Assembly: GCF_003704095.1 (NCBI RefSeq)
Contig: NW_020846005.1
Span: forward strand, 620,001 to 684,000
From: Pocillopora damicornis
Taxonomy: Eukaryota
Reading direction: 5' to 3'
Length of the DNA: 64,000 nt
Shown here piece by piece: positions 49,850 to 63,921 of the stretch. A model generated the notes under the pieces. It was not told where the DNA came from, ran no database searches, and saw only the letters and a list, made by a program, of their open reading frames with translations. Each line of letters begins with the position of its first letter. Position 1 is the stretch's first letter. Position numbers and translations under genes: made by a program.

Positions 49850-50240
49850 CTATAATCGGACACCTGTAATCGGACAGTTGAAGCAGCCAATCATATTTAG
49901 TCCTTTCAGTCAAATCCACCAATCACAGAATTGATCGCAATAACCATAGCAGCAATCGCTTATCCTAAAAAAATTGTGGAATTTCCAAAGTTGAGGAATT
50001 TTTTACTTAGACATTGTCTCTACTGCACATATTTGTCCTAAATGTATATGTTGTTTTCGGAAATTGTGACAGTTCTGATCAATTGGTAACTGAGGACTTT
50101 GTGTCGTCCAGTTCTGTCTGTAATCATACTCGTGATTGACAAATGGGACTTCCGCTTCGCGGTCGTCCGTTTTTGTTAGTCACTCGTATGATCACAGACC
50201 GAATTGGACTCCACTCGGTCCTATTACCATTATTAATAAT
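49850..50240. mobile_element. Non-autonomous repeat with internal ~45-bp hairpin
   Basis: 50106-50209: gtccagttctgtctgtaatcatactcgtgattgacaaa pairs with tttgttagtcactcgtatgatcacagaccgaattggac. Confidence 0.6.
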
Positions 50241-50740
50241 TTTAATCGTAGGGATGAATGCCGATAGGAATGCTGTACTTTGTTACCAGGACACTGAATG
50301 AATCAGTAGACACACAAATAGTCATAGTTAAATATCGCATTTTGTATGGTTTATTTGGCTTATCACCTTTGATTGCGTTTTTTTTTTCACTTGCTAATCA
50401 AGCCATCATTTCTTGATAATTTTGGTTTTATTACAGTTAGTTGACACTAATTTCGGCACCATAGAGTTTCAATGCTGACATTTAATTTCGAGCGTAAGCC
50501 CTTCGTTAGCCCTTCAAGGTCATTGTTAGGATGCTTTCGAGAAATGCTTTTTCTAAAGTTTGCTGATAATGTAAGGATGCTTGTATAACGAAACTGCATG
50601 CTAAAAACATGAAATCCCCTGAACCTTCGACACCCTTGATAATTCTTGATAAATCGTGACGCATACTTGGCCGCTTTGCCGAATATCAGCGGCAGTATCA
50701 AGATGGCGGTCTGAACTGTTAGTAAGCCTGGAACAGTTTC

Positions 50741-53116
50741 ATGTTTGTTACTAACTCCAAACTAATGTTTCGTCTGAACAACCAGATAAAAATAACTATT
50801 TCAAAGCAATTTTTGGGTACTTCGCGAAATTTGTTTCATCCAGTCCGAGAGAAAATGTCTGACAATGCCGTGGAAATACTGGACTCGCCCGAGTTCAAAA
50901 GCGTTCTCTCTCCAGAATTGCACTCTGTTGCCGCACCATTCCTACAGAATGGATACGATGTAAGAATAGTTGGTGGAGCAGTGCGCGACATTCTTTTGGG
51001 ATTGCAACCGAAGGACGTTGACCTTGGAACAAATGCTACTCCGGAGAAGATGATTCAGCTGTTCAAACAACACAATATACACTTCATTGAGACCGGCCTA
51101 AACCACGGCACCATCACGGCTCATGTTAACAAGCAAGACTTTGAAGTCACGACTTTGCGGATTGATGCTGAAACTGATGGCAGACATGCAAAAGTAGAAT
51201 TTACCCAGAACTGGAAATTAGATGCAGAGAGGCGTGACCTTACTTTCAATGCCATGAGTTTGGGACTAGACGGAAGTTTGTATGACTATTTTGGCGGAAA
51301 GGAAGATCTGTCCAACCGTCGTGTCAGATTCGTAGGTGATCCAGAGTTGCGAATAAAGGAGGATTACCTTCGAATTCTGAGATACTTTCGTTTTTATGGA
51401 AGAATAGCTTCAGTAGAAGACAACCATGACCATTCAACATTAAATGTTATACGGGAATGCGCAGACGGATTGAAGAAGATTGCTGTTGAACGGATTTGGA
51501 TGGAAGTTTCAAAAATTTTGACTGGAAATTACACACCAAGTATTTTGCATCATATGTATGAGCTTAATGTTTCTCAGTGCATTGGTGAGTGAGATAGTCA
51601 AACTCCATAGATACAGAAAGAAAGTGTATGGGCTTGGGGAAGGTGTAATAAGGTCAGTGGTTAGTGTGCTGGGTGCATGGTTGAAAGGTGTGGGTTTATA
51701 CCTTGGCCAGGCCAGTGCATTGTGTTCTTGAGTAAGATGCTTAGCTCTCATATTGTCTCTCTCCACCCAGGAGTGTAAATGGGTACAATCAAACTGGTAG
51801 GGAAACTTTGAAGAATTCCTGAGGGCCTGGGTTACATGCAGTGGACTAACAACTTATCAAAGAGAAGTAACAAACTAGGATAAGTTTGTGTCAAATGGGT
51901 CATGAAACTCATACAGCAGCCACATCAAGTGTCTGCATTTGAAAAGATAAATGCAGTGCCATGTATCAGATTGTCCAATTTTTGATGCTTTGATAAAACT
52001 GGCCTAAGTGTTAATTTGTCTTTGGTGCTTTGAAATACTAGTTAAAATAAATAAAAAAATATGAACAAGGTAAAAATGCAAAAATTGCAAATCTAATCTT
52101 GAGCTGAGGTCTAGATACTGATATAGATGATTAATTACTATTTGCTAAAGTGGAGCATGGTAGTGGAGGATATTTACCTTGTGGCAAAGCCACGAGGTTA
52201 ATATCCATCACTAACCACTAACACTGAGTATATACTAAAGCTGCAAGATAATATAGCACAAAAAGATGAATTTGACTCATTTATTACTGCCTTGATTACA
52301 ATACTTTCGGGTGCAAATCCTGCACCCATTGCTCAGGGGTGAATAGCAAAGGATATTCAGAGTTTGTGAAGCCAATCATAGTGCACCTTCAATGTTATCC
52401 ACTGTTTTAATATGTACTAATGATTGATATTTAATGATAGTCACTTCTACTTACTTATCATTTTGTGTGTAATGAAGTCGTGATGGCTTGTCAGGCAAGC
52501 ATTTTTAACTTGCCTTAAGACAATTGTCCTACACCATAAATACATTTTTTTCTAGTCTTTAAAGTTAGACTAAAGTAAGTGTTGTTGTCTAATTTCAGGC
52601 CTACCTACTTATTCTAAAGAAAGCATGCAGGAATTGACTAGAGCATGGAAGGAACATAACATCCATCCACTTCAACCTGAAACTCTGCTCTGTTCCCTTG
52701 TCAACACTGCAGAGGAGGCTGAAAACCTTGCAAGGAAGTGGAAACTGTCTAATGCAGAGAAAGCCTTGGGCAAATTTGTAACTCAGCACAGGGAACCCAA
52801 GCCTCACGAGCATGTTCTTAAGCCATATCAAGACATAATAGTGTCAGCACCTTATAAGCATGTAAGGAGTTTGAATAAAAGTTATGTTTTGGAAACACTG
52901 CACTATCTGGGAAGACATGATCATGCACAGGAAATAAACACATGGTGCATTCCAGTGTTTCCTATTACTGGTGGACACTTGAAGAAGTTGGGAGTCAAGC
53001 CTGGACCAGAATTTGGAAAAATGCTTGGAAAACTAAAGGAGATCTGGAAAGAGAGTTATTATACTGTCAGTGAAGCAGATTTACTAGAGAAGGCTAAATC
53101 CCTTATAGAGGGATAA
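50741..53116 (+). CDS. TRNT1: CCA tRNA nucleotidyltransferase 1 (class II CCA-adding enzyme), 2 exons
   Basis: Exons 50741-51584 and 52599-53116 (phase 1). Motifs RIVGGAVRD...DVD, EVTTLR, DAERRDLTFNAM, EDYLRILRYFRF, ERIW.E and FPITG...GVKPGPEFG. Basic, hydroxyl-rich N-terminal extension precedes a second Met at 50855. Confidence 0.95.
51650..51900 (+). mobile_element. Decayed tRNA-derived SINE (CORE-like central domain) in the TRNT1 intron
   Basis: A tRNA-like head (agtggttagtgtgctgg...gggtttatacc) is followed by ttgtgttcttgagtaagatgcttagctctca...ctctccacccaggagtgtaaatgggtac, typical of SINE2 bodies. Confidence 0.65.
52140..52420. repeat. Dispersed repeat (ggatatttacc...aatatcca hairpin family); related fragment at ~36880-36945
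   Basis: ggatatttaccttgtggcaaagccacgaggttaatatcc is self-complementary. The fragment ggtaaatatccaccact...ttcggttaataat at ~36905 is similar. Confidence 0.5.
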
Positions 53117-54342
53117 TTCCTGGTCACTTGTTCGTCAGTTATTGATCATGAATTAACATCAGTTGTTGTACACAATGATGTTTAGGGACCTACATCCAAC
53201 CTTGATCTTGCTCTGGTCCTGAATATTTTATTAATTTTTTTCTGGAGTTTCTGGTCATGTAAACTGTTGTTTTAACTGAGATAATGATTGAAAACCAATG
53301 TGACTGAACACTAACATTTTTGGTCTTTGCAAACTACAGACAATGAATTACTTTAATGGATCAAAGCATTTTACTGGACCCATGTCAATAGCAGTTTTAT
53401 GACTGAAGTGGCTATTTTAAAATTTGTTTATGAATCCAGACTTGTATAATTGCCTCAATGTTTGTGTGTTCAATTTTCTTAATGATAATAGAGAGAGAAT
53501 ACAGGACAAATTCACATGAAGTTGAAAGTAATGACTTCCCCTGCACGTTTTATTTGAAAACTAAGGTTAGCACTGCCCCTATTCTCTGTGCTTAAGTCAT
53601 TATTTGTCAAACGACATCAGCACTGCTGCTAAGGACTTAAAACTTTTGAGATAGGGAGGGGTCGAGATCTTTCTTTTGAGTAAGACTTTGCTTTTGTGGG
53701 TAAACCCTTGAGGAGTATTTTTGCTTATTCATATTTATTCTTTTAATTTCAGTCCATTCACGATCCACAAGTATTAATCTTAATTCTGAAATCTTTGGTA
53801 CTGGTCAAAGAAAATGTGCCCCACTGAATTTCCTTAAGTTTTTTAAAATAAATTTAGGGAAAGCCATCATTACTTGATCCTGACACATAGGTCACAAGAT
53901 TTTTATCTTTGTCTGTTTTAGTAATACATCAAGGTGAAAGTGCCTTGGAATCTCGGTCTACAATTTATAGTAGCTGGTAATCGAATTTGAGATCGATTTG
54001 TCCAGCCCCTTGTTCCACACACTCTTCCCCTGCACAATGTACAGGGAATACACGAATTTCAGATATTTAAAGAGAGAGAGAGAGGAATCAAAGATGAAAA
54101 CTCGCGTGATAGCATCAAAGTTGAATTATATCGTCCTCTTCCATAATGGACGTGTTATCGCTTTCCTCAAATAGAAATGACATTTGTGTCACGTGGTTAG
54201 GTTTTGCTTCCACCATCACTGACGAACAGGCGCGGCTGCTAAATTTAAGGGTGTTGAACTCTGTAGAGCGAAGGAGCGGTGTGTGATCGGTTCATGCTCA
54301 AATAGATTTACAGCAAGTTTTATCGGCAAAAAGTTTGCCAAA

Positions 54343-55168
54343 ATGTCGAATGCGAAGGAAAAGCAATTGGGGTTACATAAAGTGATCATGGTCGGCAGTG
54401 GTGGGGTTGGAAAGTCTGCACTTACCCTGCAGTTCATGTATGATGAGGTGGGTGTTAGGAGCGCTTAAACTCTTCTGTCCTCTGAAGCAGCTAACCCACA
54501 ACGTAGGGGTTTTCTGTCTATTTTACAGTGAGCGATTTATGTATGCTCTGCCAGTGGATGACATTTTAAATCAAACTTATAATTCTCTGATTTTGAGAGA
54601 GCTGAACTGTATACTTTCTCGCATGCCCATCAAGCTAGTGGATAATTGAAATCTATTTTGCTATAATTTATTTTAGTTTGTTGAAGATTACGAGCCCACC
54701 AAAGCCGACAGTTATAGGAAAAAAGTTGTTTTAGACGGAGAAGAGTGTCAAATAGACATTTTAGACACAGCAGGACAGGAAGATTATGCTGCTATACGTG
54801 ATAATTATTTTCGGAGCGGGGAAGGATTTCTTTGCGTGTTCTCAATCACTGAACCAGAGTCATTTGAAGCGACATCAGAATTTAGAGAGCAGATTCTTCG
54901 CGTGAAGGGAGACGACGAACATATACCTTTCTTGCTGGTTGGAAACAAGGCTGATTTAGAAGATAAACGGCAAGTAACAGCCGACGAAGCTCAGTCAAAG
55001 GCGAAGGAGTGGAACGTAGCTTTTGTTGAAACGTCAGCTAAAACAAAAGCGAACGTTGACAAAGTATTCTTTGATCTTATGAGGGAAATTAAATCGCGGA
55101 AAGAGGACGGCTTGAAACCAGTGAAGGACAATAAAAGAAAAAAGAAAAAGAAGTGTGTAATTTTGTAA
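54343..55168 (+). CDS. RALA: Ras-related protein Ral GTPase, 2 coding exons
   Basis: Exons 54343-54447 and 54677-55168. Motifs [25 protein letters not shown]|[13 protein letters not shown] (Ral effector loop), [12 protein letters not shown] and ETSAK. Polybasic tail plus CAAX (CVIL). Likely co-ortholog of vertebrate RALA and RALB. Confidence 0.96.
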
Positions 55169-57692
55169 ATCTATGGCCAACTTTCTTGAAATATTGTAAA
55201 TTCGTATGCGAACTTTGTATCTGTGACCTAGTTCTTTACCTACTCCTTCATGAAGGGGTGGTCGACTGTGGAAACTACTACTTTCTTCCCTGTTGAAATA
55301 TTGTTATATTTTCAACCTGGTACTTAACGAGTTTGAAACTGGTCAAAGGAGAATATGTTAATGTTGTGTATTACATTGAATACATTTATTTTCTAGGAAG
55401 AAATTCATCTTGATTTATCTTTAAATTTCCAAGTTACCAGTAAATTTTTCTCCTATTACACAGGAGGATTCTGGCGATGAAATTAGGAATGATTTGACTT
55501 GACAGCCTTGGTCATCATCATGTATTCTCAAAAAAAAATTCAGGGCATTAGTTGTATTGCTGAGAAAAAGTACCAAATTAAAAGAGCTTGAACTGAGAGT
55601 ATTGAGATGAATATGAAGACAGTTTTCAATTATTGTGTTACGAAGTGTTCATAAATAACAGTGACATTGTAAATAATTTTTGTTGTCTTGAATTGCAAAT
55701 TCAAATCATAGACTCGAGACATTTTAGTTTTTTAACACACTGTGGCAGACCACTTAATGTCATTTAGCTTACTGTTGCAACTGAATCATGGCATCTTGTT
55801 GGAATTAAACCAGTTTGTCATTTCAATGTACAGTCAGTTTTCTTGATTCTGCTTCTCTGGTATGTTTAAATTTACTCAGGTGACATTTTATTTTTATTGG
55901 CTAAGGATTGTGCCATACCTTGCTATAATTACTACCCCATGCAAGGTGATTATCATCACTACAGCAGTTATTTCTAAATAGCTGTTTGCTTCTTCTTAAT
56001 GTTCTTGAAGAAGCAAGGACAATAATTGTTAAACACTTCAAAAATGAATATAATCATTTCTCATGATGTGGTCACTTCAGATGCAGATCATGGCTTTTGC
56101 AGACCTGAGGAAGACTATTAGTATGCAGTCAGATTGTTGCGATCCATGTGCAAGGTGACTACATCATGAGACTAACAATTATAATTCTCCTTTGAAGTAT
56201 TAGTTACCAGGATGACAAAACACAACCCATTTAACGACCATTCTAAACAGTTGCCTTGATAGTCACTGAAGTTATCAAATATTTTCTTTAAGCTCAGTGA
56301 GTGATCCCCCACAGCATTCATATCATTTGAAAGTATTCATTGAATCTGAGAAGAGTAATATGCACCTCAAGTCAGGTCTAGAAGGAAACTGTCAGTTGTG
56401 CATCAATTGTAGTCTTTGCTTTGAGCCAGATGCCACAAGCCTCTCTTATTCTCTAATCTCACTCTTCCTGGACAATGATATTATTCACATATGCAAATTC
56501 TGTGCGGTAAACATTTTTAATGTTCTTATGAAAGATAGACAAGCTAAAAGCTTACAGAAGTGTTAATGCTTGTGAATGGTAAGCATAGTATTGTTTGCAG
56601 TAGGAGCTATGCTGGGTATGAGCCGTTTATTTCTATAACTGCAATTCAAGTTTAAATTTAGGTTCAGAGAATACAAGGATCAAAAAGCAAAGTCCCTTCA
56701 AGTAAACACAGCTCCAAAGTATACTTGAACAAAGTGGGATTCCTAATGTTATGACCATGTATAGTGCTGGTAAAATTACCTGCTCAAGTCTAACAAAATT
56801 TTATCATGCCACAAAATGATTGCTGTATTTCAGAGACAATAATGGCTAGAATGTAAAATAAATTATTTTGCCACCACATCTGCTGTTCATGTGTTGGTTA
56901 CCTAACTCTCAAATCAGAAAATCTCTGTTTTATCAGCATTTAACAACTAAATATCCTACCTAATAAAGAAAATGTGTCAAGTGACTTCAGCTAACTGAAT
57001 AAATTTTCTGCAGCACTAAAAAACCACAAATCCCTCCTCCAGCTGGTGCCCACCATACAGCTGTGGGCTGAATAGAAGCAGCTGAATTCACAGCCCATTA
57101 AAACCCTGGTGTTCAATAAAGGAAATAAAAGTTTGAGGGTAACACTTTCACATTTCTTTCAGAAGCCTATCCTCATCAGAATGTATAATGTTTGTCATAT
57201 TCTCCTTCCTATGGGTAATACTGTAAAGGATGATGTCTGTGTCACTTAATTATTTTGCATTCATGACTTAATCTGGGGTCCAGCCATAAAATAAGGGAAG
57301 GGAACAAAAAAGACTAGAAAGTGACAAGGTCAAAAACCCATAATGAGAATTACAGCAACAGTCTACTGAAGAATCAGATGAATAACCAGATCAACTTTTA
57401 TTGACTTATAAAAGTCCTGCAGTGGTCAGACATGTTATCAAATCAACCAGCTTACAATGTGCTGCTTACAGTGGTAACATGATAGTTTGGTCTGTAAAAA
57501 AATTACATACTGGTGAGATAACGACACAGCCTCTCTTTTACCAAGATAATTAGCAGTTGTTTCTTAAAAATAAAATTATATCATATTATATACAAGTCTC
57601 TAGTAGAGCAGTATTAATGACTATCTCCTGATGTAGCACCAGTATTCTCAAGGTCATCAAGCAAAGAAAAAAACCATCTGCCAAATTCTTTA

Positions 57693-60600
57693 TCACCATG
57701 TTTGATAGGACTCCACACCATGCTGTGGACTGGAACCTCTGTTTCCAGCAGTAACAGGGAGGCGATCATAACGTGTATCACTGTAATCAAAGACTTCACG
57801 CTTTTGAGAAAAGCTTTCTGAGTAATGTTCTCTGTAAAGATAAGGTGCTGACTCCTCCCTATATGATCGTGAGGAGGAATTATTGTAATCTTTGTTACTA
57901 CCTCCCTCTCCATAACTGTAATGTCTAAACCGATCAGAAAAGGAACATCTTTCTTGATCTGTGGGAGGAGACAACTGTTCATAATGCACATTGGACTGCG
58001 AGTACCTATTTCCCCTGCTGTTATCACTTTTTTCTCTTGAATAGGTATGAGAAAACTCATCAACAGAGGCATTGTGAGAATTGTTGCTTGATTCTCCTGG
58101 ATAGTCCCTTGGGTAATCATGATAATATGAATCCTGCAAGAAAGTAGACTTAGGGTTGTCTTCAGCATATGAATACTGATGTGTTTCTTCTCTATCATAG
58201 AACACATGATCATCTCGTGTGGAATAAGCATCAGCTGAAGTTTCTTCTGTTTCCATTTCAACTGTCTCAATGCTCTGTCTGCGCAGAATTGTTGAAGACT
58301 CAAGTGGTTCTACTGATCTCTCTTCTTGCTCTCCTGTTGCTGATAATGCAGGAAGACTGTTGGAATTTTCCAGGCTGTCAACAACAGACTCTCTCCTTGT
58401 CTGTTTTGCTGAGCCTGCATCCTCAGCTATTTTCCCCTCTCCTTTGCGTCTGCGTTTCTTACTCCACATCTCATGACAGTCCTGCCATGTTGGTAAGCTG
58501 AAAGAACACAAAATGTCACTAAGTATTAAGTACTTTATTCCACACTAATTACAAAAACCAATTCTCTCAGTTAAAAGAACAATTTAAGGAAGTTCATGAA
58601 GGAAAATACTTTTCTGTGGATTTGTTAGTTCAGTAAGATAACTTCATTGATCCCTGAGAGTAGGTTACTAGAGCAAAAAAGAAAGAAGAGTACCTTGGTG
58701 GACTGATGTTCTCACAAACAACATCCTTCAGAAAGGGATGTTGTAGTGATTCTTCTGCTGTGATCCTCTTTGAAGGATCCAGTGTCAACATGCGGTCAAA
58801 CAGGTCCAATGCATCACCTGGCATACTTTGAGACAAACAAGACATTCCCTTAATGCTCAGTGAAAGATAAAGTAAAAAAAAAAAGCTCAAATGTATCTTT
58901 TTCAGCTAAAAAAGACAACACACGATATGACAAGAAATAACAGTGTAACTAAACACCTTTTAGAAGGAAAAGAACATCACACTGAAATAACCTTAAAGAA
59001 CAAAGCAGAGAGCATGGCTGAAATAGGAAACTAAAGACTTGAAAGGGTATAGCAGAATAAATTCAGTACAATGATTCAAAGGAGAGAAACTAGGATGCTA
59101 TGAACAATAATATCAAAATCCTAAAGGCAGCAAGAAACACACAGGACATCTATCACAGGTGACTCACAAAGAAAATTCATCTTTCACTCTTCTGCGGTAC
59201 TGTTTCTTGGGCTTCATTGTGTGAAAATGTGGCAAATGGATGACATCAGGCCATACTGCTGGTGTTGGTGTTCCACAGATACGACTAAACAATGAGAGAA
59301 ACAAATTCTAGTCAGTGGTATCACTAAAATTAATTAAAAAATCTAAGAATTACCTTATGTGGTCGTTAAATATTTTTGGAATTGTTTACACATAACTATT
59401 ACTTTATTATTTTTTAACTTATCTTCAGAAACAAGTTGCAAAATACTTGCTAAGTTTATTCACATACAAAAACTAACAAAAAAACACTGGTTTCTCAATC
59501 TTACAATGGCAAATGATGCAAGTATATCTTGAACTGCATCATTCCATCTATAATTTTATTTAAATCAAGAAGCCCTTTCCTATCTCTTTAATATTTTAGA
59601 GAAGCAAAGATAGTCTTGGAGTAAAGAAGTTCAAAGTTCATAGGAGTGATGGTTGCATATTTCATGTAGGGGTAAAAGGTGGAATTTTTCATACAAAGGT
59701 AAAAACAGCCATGGTGTTTCAATCTATTTGTAGGTTAAGCAATGTACGATTCCCTTCCTCACCTGATTAGTTCCAGCTGACCTATCTCCTGCAATGCAGG
59801 AAATATTGGTTTCTTGGTAAACAATTCCCCCAGTATACACCTGATAGAAAATAGACAAAGATAAAAAGAGAGGACTGAAAGCAGGAAATTAGATGAATAT
59901 CAATATCAATAATACTAGTGAGTATAAGGGTTCTTAAAGAGAGAGACTTGGTTTAATAACTGTCAGTGCTACATATATACTGTACCAAATCTAATCCAGT
60001 TTTGTAATCAAATTAAATGGCATTATGTAGTATTTTCCACATACCCCACACTCCAGATATCTATCCCAGGCCCATAGCGTTCTTCTCCCAGCAAAAGTTC
60101 TGGTGGTCTGTACCACAATGTGATGACTTTATTTGTGTATGGCCTCCTAAATGTATCAAAAGTTTGAAATGAAAGAAAAAAGAAATGTTATATTTAGAGA
60201 TGTGTTAAAAAAAAGTGTCTTTGTATGAAAAAGGACATTCACTGCAATAGCTTTCCATAACTAAATACCAGTAATTTTTGCACCAATGCCAAAAGAAAAA
60301 CCACTAAGGATACCTAATCAGGTTTATATAGTTTTCAATTTTTAAAAGATCACAGTTTGTATGACTTGGAAACATCCATTCACTGTCAACAAGAGTTATT
60401 TTGAGCAAATAATTTAGTACTTCTCCAATGAAACATAAGTATGTATCTTCTTCCAGACATTATCTTCCTTAAGAAATACTTTTAGTGTTGATAGCTATTC
60501 AGGCAACTGAAGGGTACTAAAGAAAGGCCATGCAAGCTGGCTTGACATGAAGGGAGAACTGCTGTGTTCTGTCTGAAAGAAACTTACAGCTTGTCAGCTA

Positions 60601-63600
60601 GTGCATGTTAGTTTGTTATAACACCAGATTCTTTTGTCTGATGAATGGACATCAGTAGGGACAATTACTAATCTGATCTTGGGAAAGAAAGAATTGAAAG
60701 TGCATCATAAGACTGCACCTTTCATCTGCCTCATACAGTCTTGCCAATCCAAAATCAGCCAGTTTTATTTCTCCCCTGCAAAGACGCAGACATTTTTGAG
60801 ACACAAAGCAGATTAACAACAGTGAGTTCATAAATGAATAGAGGTGTAAGTTTCTGTGGTACTGTATAGATGATGGGTATTACAAAATACTTTAGTTCTA
60901 TCTACTAAGTTGCTACAGTAAATTGGTGATGGAAAGAGTTTCTAAGGCTGACATTTTGAGTGTCAGCCCATATTTCTGACTAAAGGCTAATGCTGGAAAT
61001 GTTGGCTTTTAAAAACTCTTCATGGTGGAATCTTGTATGTTCATAAATGGCTAGTAACCTCAATTCAATGAGAGAAATCATAGATAGATTCTTTGTGCTA
61101 CTGAGTGCTACTATCATAAAATATCAACTGACTGGTCAGAAATGTTATAAAACAAAACTAAGAAATTAACTTGTCTGTGATAATAATACAAGTTACAATG
61201 AAGTGAGAGTAAGTACAAAAGTTGTTACTGCCTGCTTGTCACATAGAAAGGAAGTGTTCAAATGTACAATACATACTTGTTACTCAGCAAAATATTGGAG
61301 CACTTAATGTCTCGGTGAAGAAAATTTTTGCGATGACAGTAGCTGAGGCCATCTAAAAGCTGTTTTGTGAAAGACTTGATGTGATCTTCCGTAAAATGAA
61401 CCAAACCAGATTCCAGCACACCCATCAGATCATGATCCAGGTATTCAAACACAAGATAAAACCCACCTGACATCAATTATGAAACAAATCCATCAATAAC
61501 TCATTGGCACTATTTATTAATTCCAAAGTTATTAACATTGTCACAATTCCACTCTTCTAAAAAAATTGTTGTATAGAACGTGTACTGAAAGAAGAAAACC
61601 TAAACACCAGAATCAATATCTTACTGACCTTTATCTTTTCGGAAATCAAGAGCATTTGGTTTGTCTGTGACAATTTCTTTCAAGTTCACAATATTGTGAT
61701 GATTCAGCTGTCGAAGGATTTTGATCTCTCTCACTGCTGTGATAGGAAAACCTTCCTTCTCATTGTCAGTCCGTACTTTTTTCAAGGCAACCAGTTCCCC
61801 TGTTAATGCAAGAACAACATTTCCTTAAACCCTATGATTAGCAGACTGGATTCAGTTTTAAGGATGTTTACACTGGAAGATGTGTATAAGCTTCAAGTTG
61901 AGGTGAAATTCGGGCAGAATAACTTCCAATTTTGGTGGATTTGTGTTTACCTTTCTTAAAGAACTATGACGATTTGACCCAAATAAAATAAAATTATTGA
62001 CTTGAACATTCATACCATTAGTCAAACAAAGCTCAAAATTTGCTTGACTTACATCATGTATACTGTAACTAGGTCCAGTGCTTCTCAATAAAAGATAACT
62101 TAATTATGAAAACAGCCAAAACTTGAAAGTAGTTCATATTTACAGCGAAGCAGTGTTCATTGAGTGTTAAATCCACGTATACACACCTGTAATCTTGTCT
62201 TTTGCTTTATAAACTTGCCCATATGTTCCTTCTCCAACTTGATCAATGATTTGAAACATGTCAACACATCTTTCTCCCCACTCACTCTCAGCTGGAGTCT
62301 TTGGAGTGGTATCTGGTGTTGACAGTGGTGTTTCACTCTGACTGCTTGGTCCTGACTCTGAAGGTAACATAGAGGCATCTGTATCCTTTAAAGGTCGTAA
62401 TGGTGGAAAGGAATGTTGTGTTGACTTAGGAGATTCAGGAAGTTTTCCTCCTGGGGAGCGTGGTGAGTATGAAGTTGGAGATTCACCTGGAGTACCTGGA
62501 AGTTCTGGCGGCAAAGGAAGTGGTGGTAATGTCGGGGCAGGAGGAGGTGGTGGCTTCTCTTCATCTGGAGGTAAAGGAGGTGGCTCCTCACTGGGAAGAG
62601 GTGGTGGCACTGGTTCATTCAAAGGAGGAAGCGGAAGAGCTGGTATTGATTCACTTTGAGTTGGTTTTTTGGTTTCTTCACATTCTGTCTTAACTCTAGA
62701 TGAAGTAAAATTTGCTTCCTTTGCAAGGACATCTACAGGGGAATCTTTTGCACTAGGTTCTAAATTTTGTTTTGATTTGTTGATGACATCCTTCACTGAA
62801 TTCTTGCTCACTCCATCTACAATATCAACTCTGCCTTTGTCCTTAAATAAATAATCCTTGGTAGTTGATATTTTATCTCTAGAGTCTCGACTTACAGACT
62901 TATCATCTACTTTCCTTAGGGTGTCATTTCTTGAAGAACTTGATCTCTGCCACGATGCATTCTTGCCTCCAGACTTTTGACCTGATTGATGAACATTTGG
63001 GCTTCGAGGTGTGCTACGGTGTTGGGTCCTCTTTGGAGGTGTGCGACTTCTGTTATTGGAGCGTGCTGGTGGAGGTGGTGACAAAGACCTGCTGCGTGGT
63101 CTATTAGGGTTCCTTTGATTCTTCCTATTCCTTAAACCTGAATTCCTAAAGGGTGGTGATGGCGAATGACGTTCATATGGTGAGGGTGTTCGTCTCCTGC
63201 TGTAGGGCATGTAAGACCTGCTACGGCTGTCATATGGTGAGAATTGTCCTATAGGTGAGCGATATGGAGATCTCTCTTGAGATCTGAACGTTCTCATGGG
63301 TGACCTCCCTCTTGATCCATATGGAGGAGGTGATGGCGATCTTGATCTATGGCTGAAAGGAGACCTTGACCAAACTTTCCTATTCATCATAGGACTCCTG
63401 CTTGGTGACTTTGGTCGGTAAGCTTTTGGAACATGAGGCGACTCAGAACCTCGCCGCTTTGATGAAGTACGCACAGGCGAATAGTGCTCAAAGGTATCCC
63501 TGTTCGACAGAATTTTAGGAGACGGTGTCACGTCTTTCCATTTCGACCTAGAAACTGGCGACAAAGCGCTTCCCTCCATTGGCGGAAGATTCATGGGCGA

Positions 63601-63921
63601 CTTGCCATGTTTCTTGCGTTTTTTGCTTGATCCTTGTACAGTGCTATCCTTTCTCGACTTCTTTCGTTTGACACTAGGCTTCGACTTTTTCGACGCAACG
63701 GGCGAGGGGCTCCGTGAGATCGAGCTGTACCTTGGAACAGGCAACTGTTCGGTTTCTTCTGAAGCGGAGGAAATATCTTCGTATTGCTCCTTTAGCTTTT
63801 CAACCGAGTCCTCAGTTTTGGGGCGTTTTCTATGTTTCTTTTGCTTATGGGATGACTTTTTGCCTTTACTATGATTTCGAGCAGAAGGGCTCAATTCCTT
63901 CTCATTACGGGAACTGGGCAT
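57693..63921 (-). CDS. CDK12: Cyclin-dependent kinase 12/13 (RS-domain CTD kinase), ~9 exons
   Basis: Large exon 63921-62187 has RS/SP-rich and Pro-rich regions ending in WGERCVDMF...[11 protein letters not shown]. Later exons give [63 protein letters not shown] and [17 protein letters not shown]. Co-ortholog of CDK12 and CDK13. The first ATG in the window is 63921; the start could lie beyond the window edge. Confidence 0.95.
60900..61035. repeat. Highly decayed copy of the inverted hammerhead-like repeat
   Basis: aaagagtttctaaggctgacattttgagtgtcagccc...ctgactaaaggctaatgctggaaatgttggcttt, in a CDK12/13 intron. Confidence 0.6.

Noticed and set aside
7215-53116. Apparent 'tRNA metabolism cluster' (tRNA-Gly, TYW4, TRNT1)
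   Set aside because: The genes are far apart and interleaved with unrelated genes. TYW4 acts on tRNA-Phe, not tRNA-Gly. No shared regulatory evidence, so probably coincidence.
57614-58303. 229-aa alternative-frame ORF overlapping the last CDK12/13 exon
   Set aside because: Starts at a non-ATG codon and has no recognisable motifs. It is explicable as a shadow of the low-complexity S/Y/R/E-rich main frame.
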